A stretch of 64,000 nt of DNA, taken from contig NC_086118.1 in NCBI RefSeq assembly GCF_963921235.1, forward strand, positions 15,006,001 through 15,070,000, read 5' to 3'. A program made the position numbers and the translations under genes. This document shows, piece by piece, positions 63,896-64,000 of the stretch. The notes beneath the pieces were generated by a model. The model was not told the origin of the DNA, searched no databases, and saw nothing but the letters and a program-made list of their open reading frames with translations. Each line of letters opens with the position of its first letter. The stretch's first letter is position 1. The DNA is from Mobula hypostoma (lineage: Eukaryota).

Positions 63896-64000
63896 GGTAA
63901 AATAATCCCATTGTTGTTCTATGTAGACATTTCGTTGAACAAGCATTTGGACAAATCACAAGGCAAGTTTTCTGTACCTTCTCCATGAAACATTTCAGTG

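Noticed and set aside
1..64000. Prokaryotic features (operons, CRISPR arrays, rRNA/tRNA genes)
   Set aside because: No regularly spaced repeat-spacer array and no gene-dense coding. tRNA-like boxes occur only as decayed SINE heads.

Overview
Eukaryotic, AT-rich, CpG-depleted, repeat-dense vertebrate DNA. The repeat mix (CR1, Rex1/Babar, Penelope-like elements, V-SINE, Tc1, Harbinger, hAT, HERO, L1) suggests a cartilaginous fish such as a ray; this is an inference. I recognise no host protein-coding exon, so the window is probably intronic or intergenic. Every ORF I can assign is a retroelement or transposase relic. Highlights: (1) a 792-bp TGT..ACA element at 3054-3845 with a perfect 5-bp TSD and ~205-bp LTR-like arms in INVERTED orientation, each preceded by a purine tract; (2) a HERO (RLE) retrotransposon whose 3' UTR forms a pseudoknot resembling a decayed, non-canonically permuted hammerhead ribozyme; (3) many Penelope-like copies carrying minimal hammerhead motifs, including ~200-bp palindromic mini-elements with their own TSDs and one long open RT+GIY-YIG frame; (4) several nested insertions with readable TSDs. 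All calls were made by eye. Boundaries of degraded repeats are approximate (tens of bp) unless a TSD or TIR is quoted.
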